Positions 9,470 to 19,134 of a stretch of 64,000 nt of DNA are shown here, piece after piece (the stretch's first letter is position 1; each line of letters begins with the position of its first letter). The notes beneath the pieces are model-generated. The model made no database searches and was not told the DNA's origin. It saw only the letters and a list, made by a program, of their open reading frames with translations. Origin of the DNA: an uncultured Desulfurococcales archaeon (GTDB lineage Archaea > Thermoproteota > Thermoprotei_A > CAZTBM01 > SZUA-1508); contig CAZTBM010000005.1 of assembly GCA_964611985.1 (NCBI GenBank), forward strand, positions 12,403-76,402, written 5' to 3'. The position numbers and the translations under genes were made by a program.

Positions 9470-10903
9470 TTACACCGATAATAGTGTTGTATGTGAGCTG
9501 TAGACTACAAAGGGCCCTGCTATATAATTATGGTATAAGGGAACGTAGAAGTCGTAGAGAGGACCATTATGCTCCTCCACTCTAATAGCAATGACTGGGT
9601 CCCACCTGAATGATAATAGATACAAGGCTTCGGTGAGTATTTCCCTTACTGATGTTAAGCTATAATATTTCGTGTATTTTTTATGTATTATCTTCTTTAA
9701 TTCATCCCTGGAGATAACGTAATATCCATTGATATATGATATTTTAGCTTCAGCCTCTATTAGCCCCTTGACACTGTTAGTTAAAGGTATGATATCGTCG
9801 AGGTCTCTTTTAGGAGACACTTGAACATCATAGTATATGTATTTGCCTATAGTGTTCAAAAAGTTCTTAATGTTTGTCTCTCCACGTATTCTTAGCTTTA
9901 CTTGTCCTGTCTCTTTATCCCTAGTTACATAGGGATATATACCCAGTCTTAACATTAATAGTTGGAGCTTATATGCAAGGTCGATATTGTTTAATGTTAG
10001 CTCTATGGAATCATTATTTACTCTTCCATTAGCATCATATATTCCGGAGATAAATGCTGCTATAACTGATGTTGGGCTTCGGGCTATAGCCTCAAGTATA
10101 ATACTATAGTGGTCTATTATGTGTTTAATTAGTATGTTGCCATACCTGCTAAGCCCTATAATCCATAAACGACTACTTTTATGTCTATAGACCTTACTCT
10201 TTATTTTGAACAGTCTTCTAATGTTACTAGCGTATCCCTTTGCAACATCCTTATTTCTACATAATATCTTTATTTCATCATCAATTAGTGTATGACTAAA
10301 CTTTATATAGGCGAGTGTTTGAGCTAGGTCTTCATTTAAAACACTTATGGTTTCTACATGCTTACTGTCACCATAGTGTTCGATAGCCTCTTCTACTCTC
10401 CTACGTTTTTTCCTCTTAAAAAGTAATGAGACAATAATTCTCAATTTGCTTTTTCTTTCACTTTCGTAAACTCTTTCAGGGAACCCGCCATCAAAGCTGT
10501 AATCATATGCACCAAGTGATACCGATACATGAGAAAGCGGAAATCCTATGTATTTTTTACTTCTAACATTTATTTTAAAGGGTACTGCTAGGAAATCACC
10601 TGTTTTTATTTGGTCAGCTCTCATAACCTTCAGTGAATTATCACTTAAAACTAATAATCTATGGTTTCGGGAGACTCTTATTTCACTATGCAACGTTCTT
10701 ATCGCTACAACTCTACTAGCTAATACCATAATTTTCTTGGTCGTTACAGGTGTAGGTGAGATGTATGAGAAATCGTAGGCAAGTAAATGTACATTTACAT
10801 CCTTAGCCTTTATTATACTACCATCAGGCAACATCATGTAAGTGTCTGGATGTACTCCGCTCTTGATATGCTCCCCTACTACACTATATGGTTGTCTAAG
10901 CAA
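9470..10903 (-). CDS. free-standing intein-like protein (Hint domain + LAGLIDADG endonuclease), splicing residues degenerate
   Basis: Intein blocks PDTYMMLPDGSIIKAKDV, VSRNHRLLVL, FISGIYDANGRV and LYDFYVPLYHNYIAGPFVVYSS. TTG start with an in-frame stop 7 codons upstream. There is no host gene. Confidence 0.75.
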   Translation of the reverse strand: MLRQPYSVVGEHIKSGVHPDTYMMLPDGSIIKAKDVNVHLLAYDFSYISPTPVTTKKIMVLASRVVAIRTLHSEIRVSRNHRLLVLSDNSLKVMRADQIKTGDFLAVPFKINVRSKKYIGFPLSHVSVSLGAYDYSFDGGFPERVYESERKSKLRIIVSLLFKRKKRRRVEEAIEHYGDSKHVETISVLNEDLAQTLAYIKFSHTLIDDEIKILCRNKDVAKGYASNIRRLFKIKSKVYRHKSSRLWIIGLSRYGNILIKHIIDHYSIILEAIARSPTSVIAAFISGIYDANGRVNNDSIELTLNNIDLAYKLQLLMLRLGIYPYVTRDKETGQVKLRIRGETNIKNFLNTIGKYIYYDVQVSPKRDLDDIIPLTNSVKGLIEAEAKISYINGYYVISRDELKKIIHKKYTKYYSLTSVREILTEALYLLSFRWDPVIAIRVEEHNGPLYDFYVPLYHNYIAGPFVVYSSHTTLLSV

Positions 10904-11101
10904 TAGCGATCCCTTAGAAAGCTTTTAAGCTATCCTCTCCTGTAATTCTTCATTTACTCAAGAAAGGTTTTTAAGAAAACAGGCTAAGTAATATCTCCTA
11001 GCTAAATTTCGGTTTACTTCTACTTATCGAGAAATCAGCACAAGAGGAATAATGAAATTGTAAGAGAGGAGAGAAATTACGGTTAAGAAATTTCTACAAA
11101 T

Positions 11102-11656
11102 TTACTTTCTTAAGCAACCTAAGTCGTCAAGTTTTTTATAGATCTTCCTTACAGCATCATATATCTCTTCTTCTCTCTTTGCTCCTGTGACAACCATTTT
11201 GCCAGAACTAAATATTAGTAAGACGACTTGTGGGTCATCCATTCGGTAAATTAGACCTGGGAACTGTTCAGGCTCGTACATTGAGTTTTCCAGCAAGAAA
11301 GCAGCCTTTTCAAGATTTACCTCTACGCCTAAATTAGCTGATGCAACAATGTTTTGTATTTGGACTTTCGGCCTACCAGTAATGATCATGTCATGTTTCC
11401 TTAAAATTTTGATTATCTTCTTAACAGCCTTAATTAGCTCATCAGTACTTTTTGCACCTGTTACAACCATCTTACCTGACTTGAAGATTAAAGCCGTAAC
11501 CTTGGGTTTGTCAAGTCTAAAGACCAATCCCGGAAATTGCTCAGGATTATATTCTACCCCTGGTATACTTCTCTCTATGGCATAAAGGTCAAGAGTTTGA
11601 TCAAGTGTCACTGTTGAAACTATATTCTCCACTTTTGCCGATAATCTCGGAGGCAT
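11102..11656 (-). CDS. tbp: TATA-box binding protein
   Basis: Two TBP repeats: NIVSTVTL...FPGLVFRL...[16 protein letters not shown] and NIVASANL...FPGLIYRM...[16 protein letters not shown]. Confidence 0.95.
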   Translation of the reverse strand: MPPRLSAKVENIVSTVTLDQTLDLYAIERSIPGVEYNPEQFPGLVFRLDKPKVTALIFKSGKMVVTGAKSTDELIKAVKKIIKILRKHDMIITGRPKVQIQNIVASANLGVEVNLEKAAFLLENSMYEPEQFPGLIYRMDDPQVVLLIFSSGKMVVTGAKREEEIYDAVRKIYKKLDDLGCLRK

Positions 11657-11755
11657 AACGCGATAACCCCTCGACTGATTTAAAAATGTTTATAAACCTT
11701 TATAAATTCTCCTAATATAAGACACGAAGAAATATTATGTAGAAACTTAATATCC

Positions 11756-12079
11756 TTAATTACTGAGAGACAGAATTACTAAAATATTATTGAGATTTAC
11801 AATAAGGTATGCAATTACAGTCGACAAACATATACCGTGGATAGCTTTTCTTACGCTACTTACTTTAAAATGAGACCAAGCAATATACGTAACAAGTGTA
11901 AAGAGAACATACCACATAATCTTTAACATTAACCCTAGAGGCTTGAGAACAATAGCAGACATAAGAGTATTACATTCAATAGCTCCAAGACTTAGGGCTA
12001 TATGTGTCGTTATTATGTCAAAAATCTGCATAATACCAAGTATAAGCAATATCATTATTAGTTTCAGTGAGGTGTCCAC
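11756..12079 (-). CDS. small integral membrane protein (DUF5658-like)
   Basis: 107 aa with 3-4 predicted TM helices. Confidence 0.45.
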   Translation of the reverse strand: MDTSLKLIMILLILGIMQIFDIITTHIALSLGAIECNTLMSAIVLKPLGLMLKIMWYVLFTLVTYIAWSHFKVSSVRKAIHGICLSTVIAYLIVNLNNILVILSLSN

Positions 12080-12104
12080 GTACTCTCCCTATACTGTATA
12101 GTGG

Positions 12105-12145
12105 AAATAAAATATAAAAACCTTTGCTTTTATGTAAAGCAAAGG
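12105..12145 (-). terminator. hairpin plus T-tract downstream of the regulator gene
   Basis: Perfect 10-bp stem CCTTTGCTTT/AAAGCAAAGG (12121-12130 / 12136-12145) with a 5-nt loop. On the minus strand it is followed by TTTTTATATTTTATTT. Confidence 0.45.
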
Positions 12146-12217
12146 TCAGGATACTCTTAATTCTATTCCTAACTTTGAACAAATATGGTAATTTAGTGTT
12201 GAGTGTTTTATAAAGAC

Positions 12218-13357
12218 TTATGATGAAAGATGTTTCTCATATAACTTTATAAGGTCTATTGGAGGCTTTAGGAATGCTCTATGTGTTTGAACACTTTCAG
12301 GTATTAGTGTTAGAACTTCATAGTCTCTTATTAACTCTTGTTGCATTAATGCCTCATGGAACCATAGAAACTTTATTTCTTCTTGTCTTGGTATGAACAC
12401 TGAGAATATGTATGTGCTCTTCCCCTTGATTCTGCATATTGATAGTATTGGTGCATGAATATACATCGTATTTACATACTTGTTTGCTTCTCTAGGTCCA
12501 TTAAAGCTTACTTTTAGTATCAAGTAATGTGATTTCTCGAGTGGTGTTGGCAGTATAAGAGGTGCCCAACCAACTATAACTTTTCTACCTTCGATATGCT
12601 TTAGATAATGATATCTTAATGTTTGATAGTTTATGTTGGCTACTTTGCCCATGTCAACATAGTCTATTAATGGATCCTTAAATATTAATTGCAACACTAA
12701 ATAATCTATATGATCCAGGGTCTCTTCTTCCGTAGCTAATCTAGGTAGTAGTATTGGTTCTTCTGACGCTTCAAGAACTTCATCGACCCATGACCCCCAA
12801 TTATAAACGTACTGTTGCATTTGAGGATTATAGTCTCTATCATTAACTATTGTTGTTATAATCTCTTCATCACAAACATTATAATCATATTCTTCTAGTA
12901 TGCCTTCATTTCTCATTTTTTCTAAGTATTCTATAGCAGGATTCTGATTGCCTTTAGGTGTTAGCATTTTTATCTGTATATTGTGTCCAGGTGTCAAGGT
13001 TATTCCGATGCTCCTAGTAAACTCCTTATTCAATTTTTTATATGCTTGTATAAGCTTACCTTTAGCTGGCTTGATATTAGCATAGAGTATTTCATAGCCT
13101 AATGCTTGAAGTCTGAGTGATGGCTCTATTCTTAAACCAATACGCATTAATCTTTGTAATCTATACGTTATTGTGCTTCTTGGTAACTTGGTAATTCTAC
13201 TTATTTGACTAATATTCCTTGGACCATATTTCCATATAGCCTTAAGTATTATAGCATTAGGTACATCAATTTCGGAGAGGAGAGCACTCATGACTCGTAA
13301 GTGGCTAGATGAGCTGAGTGCGTTAACATACTCTTTTAGACCTACATGTTTGTCCAT
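12218..13357 (-). CDS. transcriptional regulator with two winged-HTH modules
   Basis: N-terminal HTH ILKAIWKYGPRNISQISRITKLPRSTITYRLQRL and a second HTH around VANINYQTLRYHYLKHIEGRKVI. Confidence 0.6.
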   Translation of the reverse strand: MDKHVGLKEYVNALSSSSHLRVMSALLSEIDVPNAIILKAIWKYGPRNISQISRITKLPRSTITYRLQRLMRIGLRIEPSLRLQALGYEILYANIKPAKGKLIQAYKKLNKEFTRSIGITLTPGHNIQIKMLTPKGNQNPAIEYLEKMRNEGILEEYDYNVCDEEIITTIVNDRDYNPQMQQYVYNWGSWVDEVLEASEEPILLPRLATEEETLDHIDYLVLQLIFKDPLIDYVDMGKVANINYQTLRYHYLKHIEGRKVIVGWAPLILPTPLEKSHYLILKVSFNGPREANKYVNTMYIHAPILSICRIKGKSTYIFSVFIPRQEEIKFLWFHEALMQQELIRDYEVLTLIPESVQTHRAFLKPPIDLIKLYEKHLSS

Positions 13358-13597
13358 TTTTTCACCCTAAGATTTATTATGTTTTGATTGAACATTTGTC
13401 CAATATTTGATTCTCAAACTGGTAAATATATTGCACCCCCCATATCTAATAAGGGTTACCCTTGAGAGATAGCGCAATCAAGTATATTCTTGCTTTTTAA
13501 CGCAGTTATAATTATGAAGAGTGACTAAGATAAACATAAATACTATGCAAAGTAGAAAAAAATATAAACTCTTAAAACAAATAATTAAATTGGCGGA

Positions 13598-13906
13598 GCG
13601 GTAGGGCTAGAGGAGTAATAATACTACAATTATCTATGACCTTGCCGCCGCTAAGCATAAGGCGGCTAAGGAATCATACTTACCCAGATGTAAAAGCGAT
13701 AAACCTAAGACCTCACAACCATTATAAAGCCTATAATATTACACAAATGGTAGCTTCCTAGTAAATCTAAAGCACAACTAGAATATGCTAAAATGTCGTA
13801 TATTGCAATCCTTGACTGAAGGAACAGATTCATAGACAATAAATATGAATCTTAAGGATGTCGTGAAAGATGAGAAGATTAAATCAATGGCCCTAGCCCT
13901 ACCGCG
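13598..13906. repeat. GC-rich inverted repeat pair flanking ~283 bp of AT-rich non-coding DNA (MITE-like or long-range RNA helix)
   Basis: GCGGTAGGGCTAG (13598-13610) is the exact reverse complement of CTAGCCCTACCGC (13894-13906), extending to 15 of 16 positions. An internal GC hairpin GCCGCC/GGCGGC lies at 13644-13666. Confidence 0.4.
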
Positions 13907-15458
13907 ATGATGCCTCTTTCTTTTTACTTTCCCATATAACTCCGTATACTGTTTTTCCTTCCATTATTACTGCTTGAGGTTTTAGCTTGTTAAGCAGTTT
14001 TATTGGTACTTTGAATGGATCTTTATTGTATATCTGTATATCAGCTGGTGCACCTACACTAAGATATGGATATTCCTCTGATAGTGCAACTCTACCTCCA
14101 TAAGTGTAGAGCGTTAAGGCTTCATTTAAGGTCAGAGCTTCGTGGCTTCTATCCACTGTTGCCCGTATACTCAGCCAAGGATTAGCTGGTTCAACCGGGG
14201 CATCCGATGACCCTGCAAGTAGAAGACCACTTTCTATTAATGACTTAAAAGCGTAAGCGTATTTAACTCTTGGTCCTAATCTCTGCTCTATCCACCAGTC
14301 GCTCACTATGAAGTGAGGCTGTACAACGAGTGCTTTAGGCTTGTAGTTTCTTAACTCACTTATTATATCAGGGGGTGTTAGTGAGGCGTGTTCTATTCTT
14401 ACTTTACTTCTAATACTATTGTTAACTTTTTTGAGAGCTAATATCGTTTCTTCCATAGCTTTATCACCTATACAATGAATAGCTATATCAAGCCCTTTTC
14501 CAGCGACTCTCTTAAAGAGTTTTAAGATATTATCATGTGTTAAAAGAAGCTCACCTTTATTTAGTGGATCATCACTATAGGGCTCTCTTAGGGCAGCTGT
14601 TCTACCGCCAAAACTTCCGTCAACGAAGGTCTTTATACCCATAATTCTTAATTTGACATCACCTAACTTTGAAATTACACCAAGTTTAACTAGGTGACTC
14701 GTATAGTCTGAGTTGAAATAGAGCCTAACTTTAACCTTCAATTGGCTTCTTTGATTAAGTTTCTGCAATGCCCTAAACTCTCCATTCTCTACACACATTG
14801 AACTAACTAGACCTATACCGTAACTTAATAGTTCATTAAGCGTTTGGCTAAGTAACTTTAAGTAAAGATTGAACCTAGGCTTAGGTACGTATTTCAGGAT
14901 ATGGTCTAATGCTTGTTCACGTAAAATCCCGGTAATCTTACCGTCAACAACATCAACTAAAGGATACATGTCTCTTCCTTTACCAAGTAAACCACATAGC
15001 TCTAAAGCCTTAGTATTAGCTACTGCTATATGACCGCAAACTCTAATGAGGAGGACGGGTTTATGTGGAACAGCTTCGTCGATATCCCATCTCGTGGGCA
15101 TTCTTTTTTCAATAAATCTTTCTTGATCCCACCCTCTACCTAAGATCCAAGGAGTAACTGTCTGAGATGCTACTCTTCTTATCATCTCCTTTAATTCTTC
15201 TATTGAACGAGTATGTCTCAAGTCGAGCCATAAATGTGATAAAGTTAAGCTTGACAAATGAATATGAGCATCAACAAACGTCGGTAACACAACCTTACCA
15301 TTAAGGTCAATAATTCGAGAAGAGTTGCTTAGCTTTAACGCCTTCATATCGTCATCTCCTATATAGACTATTCTGCCACATTTAATCGCCATACTGGAGG
15401 CTACGGGGTTATCAGGGTTAAAGGTGTATATGACACCATTAACTAATGCTAGATTCAT
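13899..15458 (-). CDS. amidohydrolase-family metal-dependent hydrolase (Amidohydro_3-like)
   Basis: 519 aa. N-terminal beta-sandwich is followed by LPTFVDAHIHL (HxH metal motif), AIHCIGD, RIEHA and a C-terminal GSDAPVEP motif. Confidence 0.8.
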   Translation of the reverse strand: MNLALVNGVIYTFNPDNPVASSMAIKCGRIVYIGDDDMKALKLSNSSRIIDLNGKVVLPTFVDAHIHLSSLTLSHLWLDLRHTRSIEELKEMIRRVASQTVTPWILGRGWDQERFIEKRMPTRWDIDEAVPHKPVLLIRVCGHIAVANTKALELCGLLGKGRDMYPLVDVVDGKITGILREQALDHILKYVPKPRFNLYLKLLSQTLNELLSYGIGLVSSMCVENGEFRALQKLNQRSQLKVKVRLYFNSDYTSHLVKLGVISKLGDVKLRIMGIKTFVDGSFGGRTAALREPYSDDPLNKGELLLTHDNILKLFKRVAGKGLDIAIHCIGDKAMEETILALKKVNNSIRSKVRIEHASLTPPDIISELRNYKPKALVVQPHFIVSDWWIEQRLGPRVKYAYAFKSLIESGLLLAGSSDAPVEPANPWLSIRATVDRSHEALTLNEALTLYTYGGRVALSEEYPYLSVGAPADIQIYNKDPFKVPIKLLNKLKPQAVIMEGKTVYGVIWESKKKEASSR

Positions 15459-15480
15459 ACTATTCTTCCCTGAACTGAAT

Positions 15481-15924
15481 TTATCGTATTATAGTCGAGT
15501 CTATTGCATATTTTATAATTAAGAGTAAACCTATTACCACAAAAAAGATATTAATTAATGGATTATCGTATCTTACCCTAGTAACTCTAACCCTATTACT
15601 ATTTAAAGGATAGAATAGAGCAACACCTGCCTTAGTGAACATATCGGAGAATAAGTGTGAGACATACCCTATTATAAAGGACCAGATGTAATAAAGGTTG
15701 TATGAACCTATATATCTAAACAAAAATGCTAAAAGTATCGATAAAATAAATAACGAGAAGACATTATGTAACAACATTCTATGTTTATGTTTTAAATCAA
15801 AATCAGGAAAAATCGATCCCAGTAATGCAAACATACCACACCACATTAGTATTTCAGGGGGAGGATTACATAGATAAATAGCCGTTCCTAGACCAAAGAT
15901 TATGTGGACTACCTTTTTCACCAT
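15481..15924 (-). CDS. membrane-bound metal-dependent hydrolase, YdjM/DUF457-like
   Basis: Four TM segments with His-rich motifs VVHIIFG, HKHRMLLHNVFS and SHLFSDMFTKAGVALFYP. Confidence 0.6.
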   Translation of the reverse strand: MVKKVVHIIFGLGTAIYLCNPPPEILMWCGMFALLGSIFPDFDLKHKHRMLLHNVFSLFILSILLAFLFRYIGSYNLYYIWSFIIGYVSHLFSDMFTKAGVALFYPLNSNRVRVTRVRYDNPLINIFFVVIGLLLIIKYAIDSTIIR

Positions 15925-16200
15925 AAATTAGCCAATCCCCCACAGAAATAATATATTTTCTACTCTTCTAGATAAACTCTAAGTGGGATAAAAGTATAAT
16001 AAGAACAATAAAAATTAATAAACTACAAGTGTAAAACTACCCATATATGGGATGAAGAGACTTGCCCCCCGGAGATTTAATGACGAAATTACCGTGGTCA
16101 GACCAAGAAGGAGACAATTTTTATTTCCAACTACGAATATATTTCCAAAAATATATAGTAATAACAGGGGATAGGAGATCTAAGAGCATTAAGGTGTGTT

Positions 16201-16893
16201 ATGTTGACACCTGGTATTGTGAGGACTTACATCAAGGGCTTAGATGAAGCTCTTGGAGGTGGATTCCCCCGACCCGGAATAGTATTTATAGTAGGACATC
16301 CTGGTACAGGAAAAACCATATTATCAGCTCAATATTTAGCTAATAGAGCTCTAAGAGATGAGGAAAAAGGTTTCTACATTCTTATATCACAACCTCTCAA
16401 AACACTAGAATTAGAATTATTAAATCTAAAGATAGGATTCGATGAGGCTGTAAATAAAGGTTTAATAGAAATACTAGAGTTTTTACCACTTATTGAAAGT
16501 GAAAGCGTTAAAACATTAATAGAAGATGTAATACTACGTATTGAGCAAGGTAACTATACCAACATAGTTATCGATAGCGTGACAGCTCTAGTATCATTCT
16601 TCAGTCCTAGTGAAGTTAGAGCATTACTATCATACATACTGAAATATATGGTCGAAAAAAGTATGACATGCATCCTAATAGGCGAATTACCATTAATTGG
16701 ACAAGCGTATGCTCCAGCTGTTGAAGAATTCCTAGCCGACATGTTGATAAAAATGGAGTTTAAAGAAAAAGAAAATAGACTCGTAATAAGATTTACACCA
16801 ATTAAATCACGGAACACTTTAATTACTAGAAGGTACTATGAAGCAGTAATTGCCTCAGAAGGATTCATGCTGATCGGTGAAGCCTCATTGTAG
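16201..16893 (+). CDS. KaiC/RadA-like RecA-superfamily ATPase (single domain)
   Basis: GLDEALGGGFPRPGIVFIVGHPGTGKT (Walker A), IVIDSVTAL (Walker B-like) and TCILIGE. Confidence 0.75.
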   Translation: MLTPGIVRTYIKGLDEALGGGFPRPGIVFIVGHPGTGKTILSAQYLANRALRDEEKGFYILISQPLKTLELELLNLKIGFDEAVNKGLIEILEFLPLIESESVKTLIEDVILRIEQGNYTNIVIDSVTALVSFFSPSEVRALLSYILKYMVEKSMTCILIGELPLIGQAYAPAVEEFLADMLIKMEFKEKENRLVIRFTPIKSRNTLITRRYYEAVIASEGFMLIGEASL

Positions 16894-18316
16894 CCTGTTA
16901 ACATCAATACTTAGTAAGGTTTATTGTGTCATGTCTGTCTATACCGAGAAAAAATCATATCTTAAGGATACATTCTCACTACTACTATTATTATATACGG
17001 TTCTCGTCTCAATAATCTTAATACTATACTATGTACTTGGAGAAGTGAGAATCAAAAGCTTTATATCACTTGATATGCTTTATAGTAGATTCCTAGCCTT
17101 AGCAATAATAACTATAATTGCATTAACCTCTCTAAGCTTGATAATATTGTCTAAAGTTAAAGTACGACATGAATTCTCTTCAAGATTAATAGTCTATGGC
17201 ATACTACTTGCTGTCTTTGCACATGTAAATAGTATAATATCAGTGCTCTTTAGATACAATGAGATACTATCTCTCTTAACCATTACATTTCCTTTTATAT
17301 TCGGTTGTTTATGTGTACTCGTCGGATTCTCTTCATGGTTTGTTTTCCAATTAAATCTTAATGAGGCAGTGAGACATGTTGCCAAATCCTTTATTGTCGC
17401 TGTACCAGTATCCCTCTTGATAGCGCTTTTGGTATTTAACATTGGAGGGACACCTTACTTCGATTATGAAGTTGAAGAGTCAATGCTGCCTTACTGTTTC
17501 TCATTAATGCTGGTTTCTATTACATCTTTAATATTCCATTCCACTTTAAGAATAGTTGATAAATTTATACACTTTTTACGTATAGTCATTATTATGCTTT
17601 CGTTATGTTTCTTATTTGCATCAATAACAGATATACTCTCATACATATATCGTGATGTGTACATTTTTGAATATACAGCATCAACATTGTATATTGCCGG
17701 GTTCATATTATTTTCCTCTGTTTTACCTCTATCAATATTCTATATCATTGAGAGAAGACTGCCTGTTATCCGTAAGCTAAGTGTCACTACAAAAGGGCCA
17801 AAAATGTTAGATCATGGAAGATCCATTCTCTTGGAGTATATGCTCTCAGAGGCACATATAGATAAAGTTGCCTCTATTATTAGAAAACTTATTGAACCTT
17901 ATGATGTCATAGTTCTTGTATCTCACAAAGCTAGTCCAATATTAAGGAATTTACTTAACACAATAGGTAAAAGTAAGAAGTGCGTGACCGTTCTATATGA
18001 TTCAAGAACCATGTATCCTCGTGAGATAGCTAAAGACACTTATGCCTCAATGCTCGATCCAACTCACATAATAAGCATTATATCTAAGCTTAAAGATAAA
18101 TACTATGATAAAAACATTGCAATAGTCTATGATAATTTAACAGACAGTATAATAACATGCAATTTCAAAGCAACATACCTTATGGCTAAGGATATACTTT
18201 CATCCCTCAACTCAAGAGATACAGCAATTTTCCTCTTCGTTAAAGGGAGTCTTAATGAAAGGGATTATAACACTATAAAATCATTATTTGAGATTGTAAT
18301 ATCAGTATCTGCATAA
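16877..18316 (+). CDS. polytopic membrane protein with C-terminal P-loop-less KaiC-like (DUF835-like) cytoplasmic domain
   Basis: About 9 TM helices over aa 30-300, then a domain with KaiC-like strand order (GRSILLEY..., VIVLVSH, IAIVYDNLTDSI, TAIFLFV) but no GKT. It overlaps the upstream ATPase gene by 17 nt; the true start may be MSVYTEKK at 16931. Confidence 0.6.
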   Translation: MKPHCSLLTSILSKVYCVMSVYTEKKSYLKDTFSLLLLLYTVLVSIILILYYVLGEVRIKSFISLDMLYSRFLALAIITIIALTSLSLIILSKVKVRHEFSSRLIVYGILLAVFAHVNSIISVLFRYNEILSLLTITFPFIFGCLCVLVGFSSWFVFQLNLNEAVRHVAKSFIVAVPVSLLIALLVFNIGGTPYFDYEVEESMLPYCFSLMLVSITSLIFHSTLRIVDKFIHFLRIVIIMLSLCFLFASITDILSYIYRDVYIFEYTASTLYIAGFILFSSVLPLSIFYIIERRLPVIRKLSVTTKGPKMLDHGRSILLEYMLSEAHIDKVASIIRKLIEPYDVIVLVSHKASPILRNLLNTIGKSKKCVTVLYDSRTMYPREIAKDTYASMLDPTHIISIISKLKDKYYDKNIAIVYDNLTDSIITCNFKATYLMAKDILSSLNSRDTAIFLFVKGSLNERDYNTIKSLFEIVISVSA

Positions 18317-18338
18317 TAGCGATAATAGGGGACAGTAA

Positions 18339-19088
18339 TCAGCCTATTAATTCATGAATATCCTTTAATGGAGGAAGTTCTAGTGCAACTCCCTCCTCAC
18401 TTATGACATAAGGTATAGCTTCCTCCAGTATACCTAGGTCTCGGACTATTGGCGATAAGTAATTCTCTCTCATAATGGTTACACGTGTTCCTAAGGCATA
18501 AATACTTAGGGCTGGAATAATCACTAACTCCTGTCCCGTTTTTAATGGGACTTTAAGAAAACATGACAACTTTGTAACATGACCTAGTTCGTCCCGGATA
18601 CTTATACTAGGATGTTCGTGACCTATTATGATTATTTTTACATGTGATGTCGCCATAGGATAGTATTCATGTCCATGGATTAAGAGAATATCGTTTATGA
18701 GCATATATTCATAGAGTGGTATATCATATTTACTAAGTATCAATGATATGTAATTATCATGATTACCTCTTGTAATATATACTTCTAATCCTTTATCTCT
18801 CAAGAATTTAATGAACTCTGAAACTTCACTCCTCTCTTGATAAGTTAGTTTAGAAAAACAATGCTTCACATCACCATTAATTATGACTTTAGAAGCCCCA
18901 CTTAGATTAAGTAATTTTTCAACCTTTTTGATGAGCTTTTTAAGTTGCACTCTAGGTAAAAAGAGCCCATGTTCAGCACTTACTTCTTCAAAGCCCAAAT
19001 GTAAATCGGCAATAACCAGGGCATCAAAGTCTCTTAGATATAGAGCTGGTTCACCATAAACTATCTCTATTCCCGGATATAGTTCCAC
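18339..19088 (-). CDS. calcineurin-like metallophosphoesterase
   Basis: Ordered motifs DLHLG, GDVKH, GNHD and GHEH. Confidence 0.8.
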   Translation of the reverse strand: MELYPGIEIVYGEPALYLRDFDALVIADLHLGFEEVSAEHGLFLPRVQLKKLIKKVEKLLNLSGASKVIINGDVKHCFSKLTYQERSEVSEFIKFLRDKGLEVYITRGNHDNYISLILSKYDIPLYEYMLINDILLIHGHEYYPMATSHVKIIIIGHEHPSISIRDELGHVTKLSCFLKVPLKTGQELVIIPALSIYALGTRVTIMRENYLSPIVRDLGILEEAIPYVISEEGVALELPPLKDIHELIG

Positions 19089-19134
19089 AAACTAACACCG
19101 AGTATGATACAGTAGAAGAAATGAGGCTTAAATG

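Noticed and set aside
13592-13906. Possibility that the terminal-helix element is RNase P RNA or SRP RNA
   Set aside because: I found no GAGGAAAGUCC-type CR-I, no CR-IV/V consensus and no SRP helix 8 GGAA/AGCA motifs on either strand. The interior is too AT-rich for a hyperthermophile structural RNA.
16062-16247. 61-aa plus-strand ORF upstream of the KaiC-like gene
   Set aside because: It has no motif, overlaps the ATPase start, and covers a GC-enriched segment better explained as non-coding RNA or a leader.
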